Positions 36,490 through 46,778 are shown, counted from the first letter of the stretch. The stretch is 53,129 bases of DNA from Enterovirga sp. (GCA_028290695.1 JAQGJJ010000158.1:1-53129); one strand, 5' to 3'. The notes: generated by a model not told the origin, from the sequence alone. Numbers and translations are program-made.

Positions 36490-38562
36490 TCAGGCCGCGC
36501 GGCGGCGGCCCTCGACCACCCAGGCGACCAGCACCGCGCCGAGGAGAACGGCGAGTCCAAGGAAGCCGAGCCCGAGCGGGAACACGCGCACGCCCCTGAT
36601 GATCGCGCTCTCGCTCGGCCGGTAGCCGATCCAGTCCGCTCCTGCGAGACGGGTGCCGGACCGGACCGCCTGGATGCGCGGCGTCGTGGGCGGGCCCGAC
36701 GCCTCGGCGACCCGCCGGACGGAGCCGCCCGTTGCCTCGGCGATCGGCCGCAGGCGCTCCGTATCGCTGAACACGTCGGTGAGTTCGCGCGGGTTGGCCG
36801 GGCCGACACTCGCAAAAGCGACGAGATCGCCGGACCGGAAGGTATACAGGCCGAGCTCCGCGGCCCGCATCTCGGCCGTGAACAGCCCCGGCCGCGCCTC
36901 GTCCACCGCCAGGTTCGAGGACGAGCCAGCCGGCGCGACGGCCGCGATCGGGCCCGGCCCTGGCCCCATGGTCTGGCGCTCTAGCCGAATCTGCCGCCCG
37001 GACACGGTGGCCCGAAGTGCCTCCTCCTCGAGGGCCGGCTCCTTCATCAGCCAATGCGCGAGGCGGCGCAGCAGGTCCGTATGCGGACCGCCGTCGTTGT
37101 AGCCCCGGGCCCACAGCCAGACATGGTCCGACAGCAGCAGGGCGACGCGGCCCTTCTCCTCGCGGGCGAGCACGAGCAGGGGCGCCCCTTCGGCGCCGTC
37201 CATGACGCTGATGCCGCTCGCCACGTCCGAGCCGATGGTCCGCAGCCACTCGCCCCAGGCGGGCGGGTCGGTCTCGGAACCGGGCAGGTCGCGCGCCACC
37301 GGGTGGCGCTGGCCGGACGCGGTGATGCGCGGCTTGAAGGGCTGTTCCAGAATGCGCCCGTCCGGCCGTCCGGGCAGGATCGACGACAGCCGCGTGCGGG
37401 CGAGGCTGCCCGGCCCGGAGAATTCCGGCCCGGCCGCGATCAGGAGCGCGCCGCCCTCCCGCACGTAGCGGGCGATGTTGTCGAAATAGGTCGACGGCAG
37501 CACGCTCTGGTTCGCGTAGCGGTCGAAGATGATCAGGTCGAATTCCTTGATCTTCGTCTGGAACAGCTCGCGCGTCGGGAAGGCGATCAGCGACAGCTCG
37601 TTGATCGGGGTGCCGTCCTGCTTCTCGGGCGGGCGCAGAATGGTGAAGTGGACGAGGTCGACGTTGGCGTCGGACTTGAGCAGGTTGCGCCAGGTGCGCT
37701 CGCCCGGATGGGGCTCGCCGGAAACCAGCAGCACGCGCAGCTTCTCCCGAATGCCCTCGATCGTGACCACGGCGCGGTTGTTGGCGGCCGTGAGCTCGCC
37801 CGGGAGCTGGTGGGCCTCGATCTCCACGACGTTGGGCCCGCCATGCTCCACCCGGACCGTGAGCGAGAAGGGCGCGCCCGTCCGCACGCTCTGACGCAGA
37901 ACGAGCTGGCCGTCGCGCCGCACCGTCACCTCGGCGGTTCCGGTGCCGCCGCGCTCGGACACCTCGGCCCGGATCGTCTGGTCCTTGCCGACGATGCCGA
38001 AGCGCGGTGCCTCGATCAGGGCGATGCGGCGGTCGCGCTCGTTGGGCCGGCCCGTGATGAGGGCGTGAACCGGTGCCCGAAGGCCGAGATCGGCAGCCTT
38101 CTCCGGGATGTCGTGCACCACGCCGTCGGTCAACAGAACCACCGCCGCCACGCGTTCGGGCGGGATGTCCGCGAGGCCGCGGCCGAGCGCCGCGAACAGG
38201 CGCGTGCCGTCGTCGCCGTCGCCATCGCCGCCGTCGATCAGCCGGATCTCGGCATCCGGCAGGGCGCCGATGCGCCGCTCGATCTCACCCCGCACCTGCT
38301 CGGTCATTGCGGCGCGATCGCCGAGGCTCTGCGACGTCGACCGGTCGACCACGACCGCGACGACGCTGCGGACCGGCTCGCGCTCCTCCTGCACGAGGGA
38401 CGGGTCGGCGAGTGCGACCAGCACGAGTGCCAGCGCCAGCGCGCGCAGAATGGCGACGCCCCCGCGCGACAGCACCGCGACCGCGGCCACGACGAGGAAC
38501 ACGGCGCCGAGCGCGCCGAGCGCCCAGGTCGGCACCAGAGGAGAGAAGGACAGGCTCAGCAT
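36490..38562 (-). CDS. Membrane protein with vWA-like and glutamine-amidotransferase-like domains (MoxR operon)
   Basis: N- and C-terminal TMs, VVVDRSTSQ and LLTDG (MIDAS-like), LRVLLVSGEPHPGERTWRNLLKSD, YVREGGALL. Confidence 0.8.
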   Translation of the reverse strand: MLSLSFSPLVPTWALGALGAVFLVVAAVAVLSRGGVAILRALALALVLVALADPSLVQEEREPVRSVVAVVVDRSTSQSLGDRAAMTEQVRGEIERRIGALPDAEIRLIDGGDGDGDDGTRLFAALGRGLADIPPERVAAVVLLTDGVVHDIPEKAADLGLRAPVHALITGRPNERDRRIALIEAPRFGIVGKDQTIRAEVSERGGTGTAEVTVRRDGQLVLRQSVRTGAPFSLTVRVEHGGPNVVEIEAHQLPGELTAANNRAVVTIEGIREKLRVLLVSGEPHPGERTWRNLLKSDANVDLVHFTILRPPEKQDGTPINELSLIAFPTRELFQTKIKEFDLIIFDRYANQSVLPSTYFDNIARYVREGGALLIAAGPEFSGPGSLARTRLSSILPGRPDGRILEQPFKPRITASGQRHPVARDLPGSETDPPAWGEWLRTIGSDVASGISVMDGAEGAPLLVLAREEKGRVALLLSDHVWLWARGYNDGGPHTDLLRRLAHWLMKEPALEEEALRATVSGRQIRLERQTMGPGPGPIAAVAPAGSSSNLAVDEARPGLFTAEMRAAELGLYTFRSGDLVAFASVGPANPRELTDVFSDTERLRPIAEATGGSVRRVAEASGPPTTPRIQAVRSGTRLAGADWIGYRPSESAIIRGVRVFPLGLGFLGLAVLLGAVLVAWVVEGRRRAA

Positions 38563-38584
38563 GGCGGGCCGGGCGGAGACGGCA

Positions 38585-41365
38585 TCATTGTCCCAGCCGC
38601 TCGAGAAGCGCCGGGACGTGCACCTGGTCGGCCTTGTAGTTGCCGGTCAGCGTGTACATCACGAGATTGACGCCGCCGCGGAGCGCCATTTCGCGCTGGC
38701 GCGGGTCGGCGCCCACCACCGGATAGAGCGGCTCGCCGCTTCGCCCCACAGCCCATGCGGCCGCGAGGTCGTTCGATGTGATCACGACGGGTGAAACGCC
38801 GTCGCCGGCCCGGGCGGGACGGCGCTCGCCATCCGCCGCGGGCGGAAGCGCCTCGACCCAGGTCTGGCCGGTGGCATAGCGGCCGGGGAAACGGTCCAGC
38901 AGGTAGAAGGTCTTGGTCAGCACGTGGTCGCGCGGGACAGGCTCGAGCTCGGGGACGTCCAGGGTGGCCAGCATGCGGCGGAGCGCGGCCGTTTCGGGCG
39001 TCGGCTCGCCGCCCGGCCGGGCGTTCAGCGCGTCCCGCGTGTCGAAGATCACCGTGCCGCCGTTCTTCATGAAGGCATCGAGCCGCCGGATCGCCGCGTC
39101 GGTGGGAACCGGCTGGTTCGGCGCGATCGGAACATAGAGGAGCGGCACAAAGGCGAGCTCGTCCCGGGACAGGTCGACACCGATCGGGTCGCCGGGTTCC
39201 ATGGCGGTGCGGGCCGCGAGGATCTGGGTCAGGCCCGTCAGGCCGGCCTTGCTGGTCGCGTCGATCTGCGCATCGCCGGTCACCACATAGGCAAGACGCG
39301 TGACGAGTGCCGCTTCGAGCGCGGTCCGGCCCGAAGCGGTTTGCGCGGATGCGGGATCGGGGGATGCGAGGCCGAGCGGCAGCGCGAGCCCCAAGGCGAG
39401 CGCGGCCGGGGCCAGCCGACGGCGCAGCCGCAGCCGGGCGAGGTGTCCGCCCAGCCACAGGGAGGCCAGGGTGTCGATCAGCAGCAGCAGGATGGCGAGC
39501 GTGAGCAGCGGCGCCCGGATGTCCAACGTCGCGGCCGCCGCCAGGGGCGCGACGCGGCCGGCCAGAGCGCCGAGCTGCACGGGCGCGAGCCGGTCCCCGG
39601 GCACGAGGGCGTTCACCGCCAGGCTCGCGTCCGCCGGACCGTAGAAGCCGGGCGGGTGTTCGGGCCGCGCCCGGTCGGAATAGCTGCGTGGCACCGGCCG
39701 TGCGGTCGGCGGCGGGCCGACCAGGGTGCCGAACCCGTCGAGCACGCGCGTCGGCGCCGCCGTCTCGACCTCCGTCTTGGCCTCCGCCCCAAGCGTATCG
39801 GCCAAGCCGGACAAGGCCACCGTGCGGCGGAGCATGTCCACGAAGAGCCCGGTCAGGGGCAGGTTGGACCAGGACGCGTCGGCCGTGACGTGAACCAGGG
39901 CGATCAGGCCCTTGCCGCGCCGGTCGGCGGTGACGATGGGGGTTCCGTCCTCGAGTGCCGCCCAGGTCTTGCGGCCGAGCTCGCCGTCGGGCTCTGCCAG
40001 GATCTGGCGGCGGACGCCGAGATCGCGCGGCACCTCGAGGCCGAAGAACGGCGACTCGCGTCCAAAGGGCGCGAGCGTCCTGGGGGCGTCCCAGGAGAGG
40101 GCGCCGCCGAGATTGCGTCCACCACGGCGCAGCCGCACCGGCACGAGGTCGTCATTGCCGGCGGCGAGCCGCGTGCCGGCGAAGCGGAGCAGCAGCCCGC
40201 CCCTGTCCACGAAGGCCAGGACCTTGGCGTGGGTGTCGCGGTCGAGCGTGCCGACATCGGCCAGCACCAGAACCGAGACCTGCTGGTCGAGAAGCTGCGT
40301 GACCGCATCCGCGACGCCACCATGGCTCTCGCGCACCTCGCCGTACGGGCCGAGCGCGCGCGCGAGGTAGTATGTGGGAGCGAGGAGCGGCTGTGCCTGG
40401 TCGGCGGTCGAGCCGGACACGAGGCCGATGCGGCGGCGCTTGCCGCGCTCGTCGAGGAGCAGGACGGCACCGGCCGAGGACTCGCCCAGCATTTCGATGC
40501 GGGCGATCGTGTTGCGCAACTCCATCGGAAGCTGGAAGCTCGCCTCCGTGTCCGTTGCGCCGGTTCCGAACACAAACGGGGCGTCCGCGACGGGGAGCCC
40601 TTTCTGATCGAGGGCCCGCAGGGTTCCGGCATCGCGGCCGTTCGGCTCTGCCCGGACCACCCTGGTGGCCAGGCGGTCGCTCCGCGTCTCCGCGCCGGCA
40701 AGGGCCAGCGCGGGCGCGCGCGGCGGCTGCACCACCGTCACGGACGCCGCGGCGGCGGCGAGCGCGTCCGCGAAGGTCCGATCATCGCCGCCCGCGACGC
40801 CGTCCGAAATCCACACGACCTCCGCGCCGGGATTGTCCCGGACGAACCGCACGACCGCGTCCAGATGCACCCGCCGGTCCACGAGCCAGGGCTGCGGCTT
40901 CACCGCGCGGACCCGCTCCAGCGCGGCGGCCGGCGCCAAGGCCTCGAGCGCGACCGGGCGCTCGCCGGTCGCCAGCAGGGCGGTCGGGCGGCCGTCCCGC
41001 ACGGCACCTTCCGCCCGCTCGACTGCATAGGCCTGGCGGGTGCGCCAATCCTGCGCCGCCGGGAAACCGGAATCCAGGATCAGCAAGAGAGGCCCCCGCC
41101 CGCCGCCGGCGCCCGGGTTCCAGAGAGGTCCGGAAGCGGCCCCGATCAGGAGGGCGGCGACCAGGAGCCTGATCGCCAGGAGCCACCAGGGCGTCCGGGC
41201 CGGGCTCTCCTGCCTGGGCAGCAGGTCCGCCAGGATGCGCAAGGGCGGAAAATCGATCCGCCGCGGCTGCGGAGGGGTGACCCGCAGCAGGAGCCAGATT
41301 GCCGGCAGGGCCGCCAAGCCGGCGAGAACCAGAGGCGACAGGAAGGTCAGGGGAAGACCCAGCAT
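38585..41365 (-). CDS. BatA N-terminal domain + DUF4159 protein
   Basis: P.IWLLLR.TPP.PRRIDFP..R.PWWLL (BatA-like), and C-terminal HVLTKTFYLL..FPGR..NLVMYTLTGNYKADQVH (DUF4159). Confidence 0.85.
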   Translation of the reverse strand: MLGLPLTFLSPLVLAGLAALPAIWLLLRVTPPQPRRIDFPPLRILADLLPRQESPARTPWWLLAIRLLVAALLIGAASGPLWNPGAGGGRGPLLLILDSGFPAAQDWRTRQAYAVERAEGAVRDGRPTALLATGERPVALEALAPAAALERVRAVKPQPWLVDRRVHLDAVVRFVRDNPGAEVVWISDGVAGGDDRTFADALAAAAASVTVVQPPRAPALALAGAETRSDRLATRVVRAEPNGRDAGTLRALDQKGLPVADAPFVFGTGATDTEASFQLPMELRNTIARIEMLGESSAGAVLLLDERGKRRRIGLVSGSTADQAQPLLAPTYYLARALGPYGEVRESHGGVADAVTQLLDQQVSVLVLADVGTLDRDTHAKVLAFVDRGGLLLRFAGTRLAAGNDDLVPVRLRRGGRNLGGALSWDAPRTLAPFGRESPFFGLEVPRDLGVRRQILAEPDGELGRKTWAALEDGTPIVTADRRGKGLIALVHVTADASWSNLPLTGLFVDMLRRTVALSGLADTLGAEAKTEVETAAPTRVLDGFGTLVGPPPTARPVPRSYSDRARPEHPPGFYGPADASLAVNALVPGDRLAPVQLGALAGRVAPLAAAATLDIRAPLLTLAILLLLIDTLASLWLGGHLARLRLRRRLAPAALALGLALPLGLASPDPASAQTASGRTALEAALVTRLAYVVTGDAQIDATSKAGLTGLTQILAARTAMEPGDPIGVDLSRDELAFVPLLYVPIAPNQPVPTDAAIRRLDAFMKNGGTVIFDTRDALNARPGGEPTPETAALRRMLATLDVPELEPVPRDHVLTKTFYLLDRFPGRYATGQTWVEALPPAADGERRPARAGDGVSPVVITSNDLAAAWAVGRSGEPLYPVVGADPRQREMALRGGVNLVMYTLTGNYKADQVHVPALLERLGQ

Positions 41366-41366
41366 G

Positions 41367-42290
41367 TCAGTGGTCCGCCGTCCCGAACCGGGCGGCGGAG
41401 ACGAGCGTGAGAACGCGAAGCGCCGCCTCGCTGGCCAGGCGGTCGGTGTGATGGATCGTCAGCGTCCAGCCACGCCGGCGCACGAGATCCTCGATGGCGC
41501 CGCGATGGGCCGCGATGCGGTCGCGGTAGCTGCGGCCCCACGATACGGCGTCACCGATGCGCAGGCTGAGGCCCGCCTCGAGGTCCTCGAGCACGGCCTG
41601 GCCGCCGAACGGGAAGGTTTCCTCGACCGGGTCGACGATCATGAGAAGGTGGCCGCGCGCGCCGCGCGACGAGATCGCCTCCACCCGAGCGGTGATGTCG
41701 GGCACGGAGGCCAGCAGGTCGCCGACCACGATCACCTCGTCGAAGCGGCCCACGGGCTGGGCGGGCGGCAGGTCCTCGTCCTCGCCCCCGGCGTGCGTGC
41801 TGTAGGTTTCGGCCAGCGTCTCGGCGATGCCGCGCGCGGCGGTCGGCGACTTCAGCCCGAGCAGGCCGACCCGTTCCCCGCCTTCGACGAGCGTATCCGC
41901 CAGCGCGAGGCCGATCACGAAGGCGCGCTCGATCTTGGGTGCGCCGGCGAGATCGGAGCGGTACGCCATGGAGGCGGAGCGGTCGATCCACAGCCAGACG
42001 GCGTGCGGGGTCTCCCATTCCCGCTCCCGGACGAACAGGCGGTCGTCGCGGCCGGAGCGGCGCCAATCGATGCGGCCTGCGGCCTCGCCGGTCACGAAGG
42101 GCCGGAACTGCCAGAAGCTCTCGCCAGGCCCGGCGCGGCGCCGGCCGTGAACCCCGTTGGACAGGCTCGCTGCGACGCGGCGGGCTTCCAGGATGAGGCG
42201 GGGCATGCGGTCGGCGAGCGCGAGCGCCGCCGCGGTTTCACCCCGCCCGGGCCGGCGGCTCTCCCGTGGAAGAACCTGGGTGCGGGCCAT
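41367..42290 (-). CDS. DUF58 family protein (vWA-like MoxR partner)
   Basis: GVHGRRRAGPGESFWQFR, IDWRRS, VREREWE, WIDRSASM. Confidence 0.9.
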   Translation of the reverse strand: MARTQVLPRESRRPGRGETAAALALADRMPRLILEARRVAASLSNGVHGRRRAGPGESFWQFRPFVTGEAAGRIDWRRSGRDDRLFVREREWETPHAVWLWIDRSASMAYRSDLAGAPKIERAFVIGLALADTLVEGGERVGLLGLKSPTAARGIAETLAETYSTHAGGEDEDLPPAQPVGRFDEVIVVGDLLASVPDITARVEAISSRGARGHLLMIVDPVEETFPFGGQAVLEDLEAGLSLRIGDAVSWGRSYRDRIAAHRGAIEDLVRRRGWTLTIHHTDRLASEAALRVLTLVSAARFGTADH

Positions 42291-42299
42291 CCGGTGCGA

Positions 42300-43304
42300 T
42301 CAGCCGAGCCGCGATACGAGCCGGGCGATCACGCCCTGGATGGTCTCGCCGTCCGCCCGCGCCGCAAACGTGAGCGCCATGCGGTGCTTCAGGACGGGCT
42401 CGGCCAGCGCCACGACGTCGTCGATCGAGGGAGCAAGCCGGCCCTGGATCAGCGCGCGGGCCCGAACCGCGAGCATCAGCGACTGGCTGGCGCGCGGACC
42501 CGGTCCCCACATCAGCTTGCCGGCGAGGTCGTTCGAGTCCTCGGGGCGCGCGGAGCGCACGAGATCGAGCACCGCGTCGACGACGCTGTCACCGACCGGA
42601 AGGCGACGGACCAGGCGCTGGGCGGCCAGGAGGCCCTCCGCGTTCATCACCGGTCCCGGGCGGACCTCGTCCGTGCCGGTCGTTTCGAGCAGGATCCGGC
42701 GCTCTGCCAGCCGGTCCGGATAGCCGACGTCGATCTGCAGCAGGAAACGGTCGAGCTGCGCCTCCGGCAGCGGGTAGGTGCCCTCCTGCTCGATGGGATT
42801 CTGGGTCGCCAGAACGTGAAACGGCCGCGGCAGGTCGTGCCGCTCGCCCGCGACCGAGACGTGGAACTCCTGCATCGCCTGCAGCAGGGCGGATTGCGTG
42901 CGGGGCGAGGCCCGGTTGATCTCGTCCGCCATGAGGAGCTGGGCGAAGATGGGCCCCTTCAGGAACCGGAAGGAGCGGCGGCGGTCGGCTCCCTCGTCCA
43001 GCACTTCGGTGCCGAGGATGTCGGACGGCATGAGGTCAGGTGTGAACTGAACGCGCCGCGCGTCGAGGCCGAGGACCGTGCCGAGGGTCTCCACCAGCTT
43101 CGTCTTGGCCAGACCCGGAACCCCGACCAGCAACCCGTGTCCGGAGGCCAGGATCGTCACGAGCGAGAGCTCGACCACCTTCTCCTGCCCGAAGATCACG
43201 GTTCCGATGGTTTCCCGGGCACGCCGCACCGTGTCCAGCGCATCCTCGGCGTGCTTGACGACCGCCTCGTCGAGCGAGATGGGCGCCGCTCCTGCCGTCG
43301 CCAT
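42300..43304 (-). CDS. MoxR family AAA+ ATPase
   Basis: GVPGLAKT Walker A, RVQFTPDLMPSDI, DEINRASPRTQSALL, ATQNPIEQEGTYPLPEAQLDRF. Confidence 0.93.
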   Translation of the reverse strand: MATAGAAPISLDEAVVKHAEDALDTVRRARETIGTVIFGQEKVVELSLVTILASGHGLLVGVPGLAKTKLVETLGTVLGLDARRVQFTPDLMPSDILGTEVLDEGADRRRSFRFLKGPIFAQLLMADEINRASPRTQSALLQAMQEFHVSVAGERHDLPRPFHVLATQNPIEQEGTYPLPEAQLDRFLLQIDVGYPDRLAERRILLETTGTDEVRPGPVMNAEGLLAAQRLVRRLPVGDSVVDAVLDLVRSARPEDSNDLAGKLMWGPGPRASQSLMLAVRARALIQGRLAPSIDDVVALAEPVLKHRMALTFAARADGETIQGVIARLVSRLG

Positions 43305-43458
43305 GTCCAAAAGCGCCTCCAGGTGCTGCATCCAGGACCGCCCGGACGAGAGGAGTGTGGGCGGCCATGCCCATGCTGGCAAGCGGTCCATCGGCCGCAT
43401 GTGATTCCAAACGTGGCAGCTTGGTGTTTGTTTGGTTCCGGTCGACTAGATAGCAGTC

Positions 43459-44058
43459 ATGAACGAAGCAGAACGCCAGCTTGCGGGCGACCCAGCGGGT
43501 GCGCTCGATCGCCTCAGCGCCGCACTCGGCGAGATCGGGCGCCGCAGGGGCCCGCCGCCGGTCGAGCGCTGGAACCCGCCTTTCTGCGGCGACCTCGACA
43601 TGCGCATCGTCGGCGATGGGACGTGGTTCTACATGGGAACGCCGATCGGGCGTCCGGCGCTGGTCAAGCTCTTCGCGTCCGTGCTGCGCAAGGATCCCGA
43701 GCGCTACGTCCTGGTGACGCCGGTCGAGCGGGTCGGGATCGCCGTGGACGACGTGCCGTTTCTGGCGGTCGAGATGGCGGTCGACGGGGACGGGCGCGAC
43801 CGCACGGTGGCGTTCCGGACAAACGTGGACGACCTCGTCGAGGTCGGGCCGGACCACCCGCTCCGCTTCGATGCGGACGAGGGGGGTGGGGTGAAACCCT
43901 ACCTGCTGGTGCGGGGTGGGCTGTGGGCCCGCCTGACGCGGGCGCTCACCTATGACCTGATCGAGCTCGGCGAAGAGCCGGCCACGGCCGAGGGCGGCGG
44001 CTTCGGGGTCTATGTGCAGGGGACATTCTACCCTGTGCCGTCGGTCGAGGCGTCATGA
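43459..44058 (+). CDS. DUF1285 family protein
   Basis: PPVERWNPPFCGDLDMRI..DGTWFY.GTPI.R, LVTPVE, FRTNVDD, KPY. Confidence 0.88.
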   Translation: MNEAERQLAGDPAGALDRLSAALGEIGRRRGPPPVERWNPPFCGDLDMRIVGDGTWFYMGTPIGRPALVKLFASVLRKDPERYVLVTPVERVGIAVDDVPFLAVEMAVDGDGRDRTVAFRTNVDDLVEVGPDHPLRFDADEGGGVKPYLLVRGGLWARLTRALTYDLIELGEEPATAEGGGFGVYVQGTFYPVPSVEAS

Positions 44059-44705
44059 GGGTTACGTCGCAGGTCGGGCGTCCGGTCGCGGAGCGGGCAG
44101 CGGGCCGGCTTCGGTCCGAGCCGCCAGGGTTTCGGGAACCGCGTGCCGACCTCAAGGGGGATCACGCTCTGAATCCGGAGAGCTGGGGCTCGCTGCCGAC
44201 CGATGCGCCACGGCACGCCGCGGTGCTCGTGCCGGTCATCGAACACGCGAGCGGTCCCGCCGTGCTCCTCACCGAGCGTGCCTCCGGTCTGCGCCACCAT
44301 TCGGGCCAGATCGCCTTTCCGGGCGGCCGGATGGACCCGGAGGACGCGACCCCGATCGACACCGCGCTTCGGGAGGCCGAGGAGGAGATCGGGCTCGACC
44401 GCCGCCACGTCCGCCCGCTGGGCTATCTCGACGCCTATCTGTCGGGCACGAACTATTTCGTTCTGCCGGTCGTCGGGCTGGTGCGGCCGGGTGCGGAGCT
44501 GACCCTGAACCCGGCCGAGGTGGCGGACGCGTTCGAGGTGCCGCTCGCCTTCCTGATGGAGGAGGCCAACCACCAACTGCATGCCCGCGAGTGGAACGGC
44601 CGCATGAGACAGTTCTACGCGATCCCGTTCGGGGATCGCTATATCTGGGGCGTGACCGCCGGGATCATCCGAAACATGTACGAGCGGCTCTACGCCGATG
44701 GTTAG
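44055..44705 (+). CDS. nudL: CoA pyrophosphatase (Nudix)
   Basis: AAVLVP, LLTERASGLRHHSGQIAFPGG, Nudix box ALREAEEEIG, IWGVTAGI. Confidence 0.88.
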   Translation: MRVTSQVGRPVAERAAGRLRSEPPGFREPRADLKGDHALNPESWGSLPTDAPRHAAVLVPVIEHASGPAVLLTERASGLRHHSGQIAFPGGRMDPEDATPIDTALREAEEEIGLDRRHVRPLGYLDAYLSGTNYFVLPVVGLVRPGAELTLNPAEVADAFEVPLAFLMEEANHQLHAREWNGRMRQFYAIPFGDRYIWGVTAGIIRNMYERLYADG

Positions 44706-44955
44706 GGTCGTCCTCTCCGAGCTGCTGCTGTTCCTGCTGCCCTTCGCGGGGTTCGGGCTGCTGCTTCTTCTGCAGCGCCGCAAGCTGGTCGCGATCGAGT
44801 CGTGGTCGAAGAGCTCGGTGTGGCTCGCCATGGCGGGCCTGGTGCTCGTGATCGCGAGCTTCGTGTACACGGCGGTGGTGGCGGACCGACCGGAAGCGGG
44901 CTTCGTGCCGACCCACATGGAGAACGGCCAGGTCGTGCCCGGCCGATTCCGGTGA
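44698..44955 (+). CDS. Small membrane protein (DUF6111-like)
   Basis: Two TM helices and C-terminal FVPTHMENGQVVPGRFR. Overlaps both neighbours. Confidence 0.75.
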   Translation: MVRVVLSELLLFLLPFAGFGLLLLLQRRKLVAIESWSKSSVWLAMAGLVLVIASFVYTAVVADRPEAGFVPTHMENGQVVPGRFR

Positions 44956-46133
44956 CCCGCGCTCTCCGCCCGGACGCGGCCGCGGCGCTGCTCGTCCGGC
45001 CCCGTGTGGCGCGCCTCCTCTCCGCACTCGATAGGGCCGGGGAGGAGACCCGGATCGTCGGAGGCGCCGTCCGCAACGTGCTGCTAGGCCGGCCGGTGAC
45101 GGAGATCGACCTCGCCACGACGGCTCTCCCCAAGGACACGATGCGCCGGGCGCGGGCAGCCGGGCTGAAGCCGGTGCCGACCGGTATCGAGCACGGCACG
45201 GTGACGGTCGTGGTCGAGGGTGAGCCCTTCGAGGTCACGACCCTGCGGGAGGACGTCGAAACCGACGGCCGCCACGCGGTCGTGCGGTTCGGGCGCAGCT
45301 TCGAGGCAGATGCTGTCCGGCGCGACTTCACGATGAACGCGCTGTCGCTCGGAGCCGACGGCATCGTCCGGGACGTGACCTCCGGCATGGAGGACCTCGC
45401 GGCCGGCCGGGTGCGCTTCATCGGGGAAGCGCGCCAGCGCATCCGCGAGGATTATCTCCGCATCCTCCGGTTCTTCCGCTTCAGCGCAGAATACGCGAAC
45501 GGGCCGCTCGACCCTGCCGGCCTGGATGCAGCGATTCGGGAGCGGGACGGGCTCGAACGGCTGTCGCGCGAGCGGGTCAGGGCGGAGCTGCTCAAGCTGC
45601 TCGTCGCTGAACGGGCGGCCGAGGTCGTGTCGTGTCTGCAGGAGAGCGGGCTTCTCCAGCGTCTGGCCGGCGGGGTTGCGGAGCTCGGTCGCTTCGGCCG
45701 CGCCCCGGCCGAGCCGGTTCTCAGGCTCGCCGCCCTGCTCGTTGCGACGGAGGAGGACGCGGACCGGTTGCGCGACCGGCTCCGCCTGTCGAACGCGGAG
45801 CACGCGAAGCTCCTGGGCTATTCCCGCGTCCTGCGGCGGCTCAAATCCGCCGCGATCCTCGACCGGGGAGAGGCGAGGCGCCTCGCCTTCTCCTGGGGAT
45901 CAGCTCCGCTCGTGGAAGCCGTCGCGGCGCTCGCGGGGGAGCCCCGCCCGAAGCTGGCGGCCGACGGGGCGGCGCAACTCGCCGCCTTTGCGGCTGGGGA
46001 GCCGGCTCCGGTTTTTCCCCTCACGGGCGCCGAGCTGATCCGCCGGGGCGTGCCGGCCGGGCCCGAACTCGGCCGCCAGTTGGCCGACGCGAGACGCGCC
46101 TGGCTCGAAGCGGGTTGCCCCGCCGAGCCGTGA
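44952..46133 (+). CDS. cca: CCA tRNA nucleotidyltransferase / poly(A) polymerase family
   Basis: VGGAVRN..EIDLAT, EVTTLR, RRDFTMNA, EDYLRILRFFRF, SRERV. GTGA overlap start. Confidence 0.88.
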   Translation: MTRALRPDAAAALLVRPRVARLLSALDRAGEETRIVGGAVRNVLLGRPVTEIDLATTALPKDTMRRARAAGLKPVPTGIEHGTVTVVVEGEPFEVTTLREDVETDGRHAVVRFGRSFEADAVRRDFTMNALSLGADGIVRDVTSGMEDLAAGRVRFIGEARQRIREDYLRILRFFRFSAEYANGPLDPAGLDAAIRERDGLERLSRERVRAELLKLLVAERAAEVVSCLQESGLLQRLAGGVAELGRFGRAPAEPVLRLAALLVATEEDADRLRDRLRLSNAEHAKLLGYSRVLRRLKSAAILDRGEARRLAFSWGSAPLVEAVAALAGEPRPKLAADGAAQLAAFAAGEPAPVFPLTGAELIRRGVPAGPELGRQLADARRAWLEAGCPAEP

Positions 46134-46190
46134 GCCGGGGTGGTCGAGCCTCACATTCGGCCACGCCGCGAGGTCCCTGTGAACGCCCGA

Positions 46191-46215
46191 CGAACCGTTC
46201 GCCGCCCGGACCGTT
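46191..46215 (+). promoter_or_regulatory. EcfG-type promoter CGAAC-N16-CGTT
   Basis: CGAAC at 46191-46195 and CGTT at 46212-46215, 44 nt upstream of the 46260 start. Confidence 0.6.
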
Positions 46216-46259
46216 GACCTGTTACGCAGGCGCCCAAGGAAAGCCGAAAGGGACACTGA

Positions 46260-46625
46260 ATGAGAGACAGCGCCGAGCCGGAGGTCGACTGCCCGATCCC
46301 CATCGCGACCTTGAACGAGCTGAACCGCGCGGAGCCACACGTCGTGCTCGACCATGCGCGTGCCTTTTCCGAGCCGCTGCGGGTGCGGCTGGCGCTGTAC
46401 TGCTACAACCGATCGCATCTGCGGCAACTCGCCCTGACGGTGGCGTCCTCCGTCGACCCCGACCGGCTGAAGGAACTCGCCGGAACGATGGGAGAGGTGC
46501 TGGCGGCCCAGTGTCGCGCGAGCGGCCTCAGCTTCGGAACCGAGCCTCTGCCCCAGGCGAAGCCCGAGAAGGCGAAGCCGGCCCGGAAGATCAGCCTGGG
46601 CGGACGCGGCTGGACGGATCGCTAG
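46260..46625 (+). CDS. Hypothetical protein (121 aa)
   Basis: AAGGGA RBS, helical core with LALYCYNRSHLRQLAL, typical codon usage. Confidence 0.75.
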   Translation: MRDSAEPEVDCPIPIATLNELNRAEPHVVLDHARAFSEPLRVRLALYCYNRSHLRQLALTVASSVDPDRLKELAGTMGEVLAAQCRASGLSFGTEPLPQAKPEKAKPARKISLGGRGWTDR

Positions 46626-46778
46626 CCGGGTGCTGGTTCAGGGTCCGGCTCGACTGGCCGGGCGCTTTTCGAGGGCAGTCCTTAGCCCGGCCGGCCGGGC
46701 GTCCCGCCGCGGCAGTCTGGACAGGAGCGGAGGCTCCGGGGCACCGTCCGACGTGCGGGCGAGCGGAAGGGGCCGAGG

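Noticed and set aside
33929-37249. Apparent 1106-aa RsmB fusion
   Set aside because: The upstream part is an off-frame read through htpX and its neighbours. The real start is ATG 35281, coupled to the htpX stop. The same applies to the extended track ORFs 2442..4247, 10107..11774, 21875..23059, 25245..27137, 47083..48942 and 51108..52904.
43410-43439. EcfG promoter for the MoxR operon (GGAAC...CGTT, minus strand)
   Set aside because: The spacer is 21 nt, which is too long.
38924-43955. 828-aa and 971-aa plus-strand ORFs
   Set aside because: Antisense shadows of the MoxR operon.
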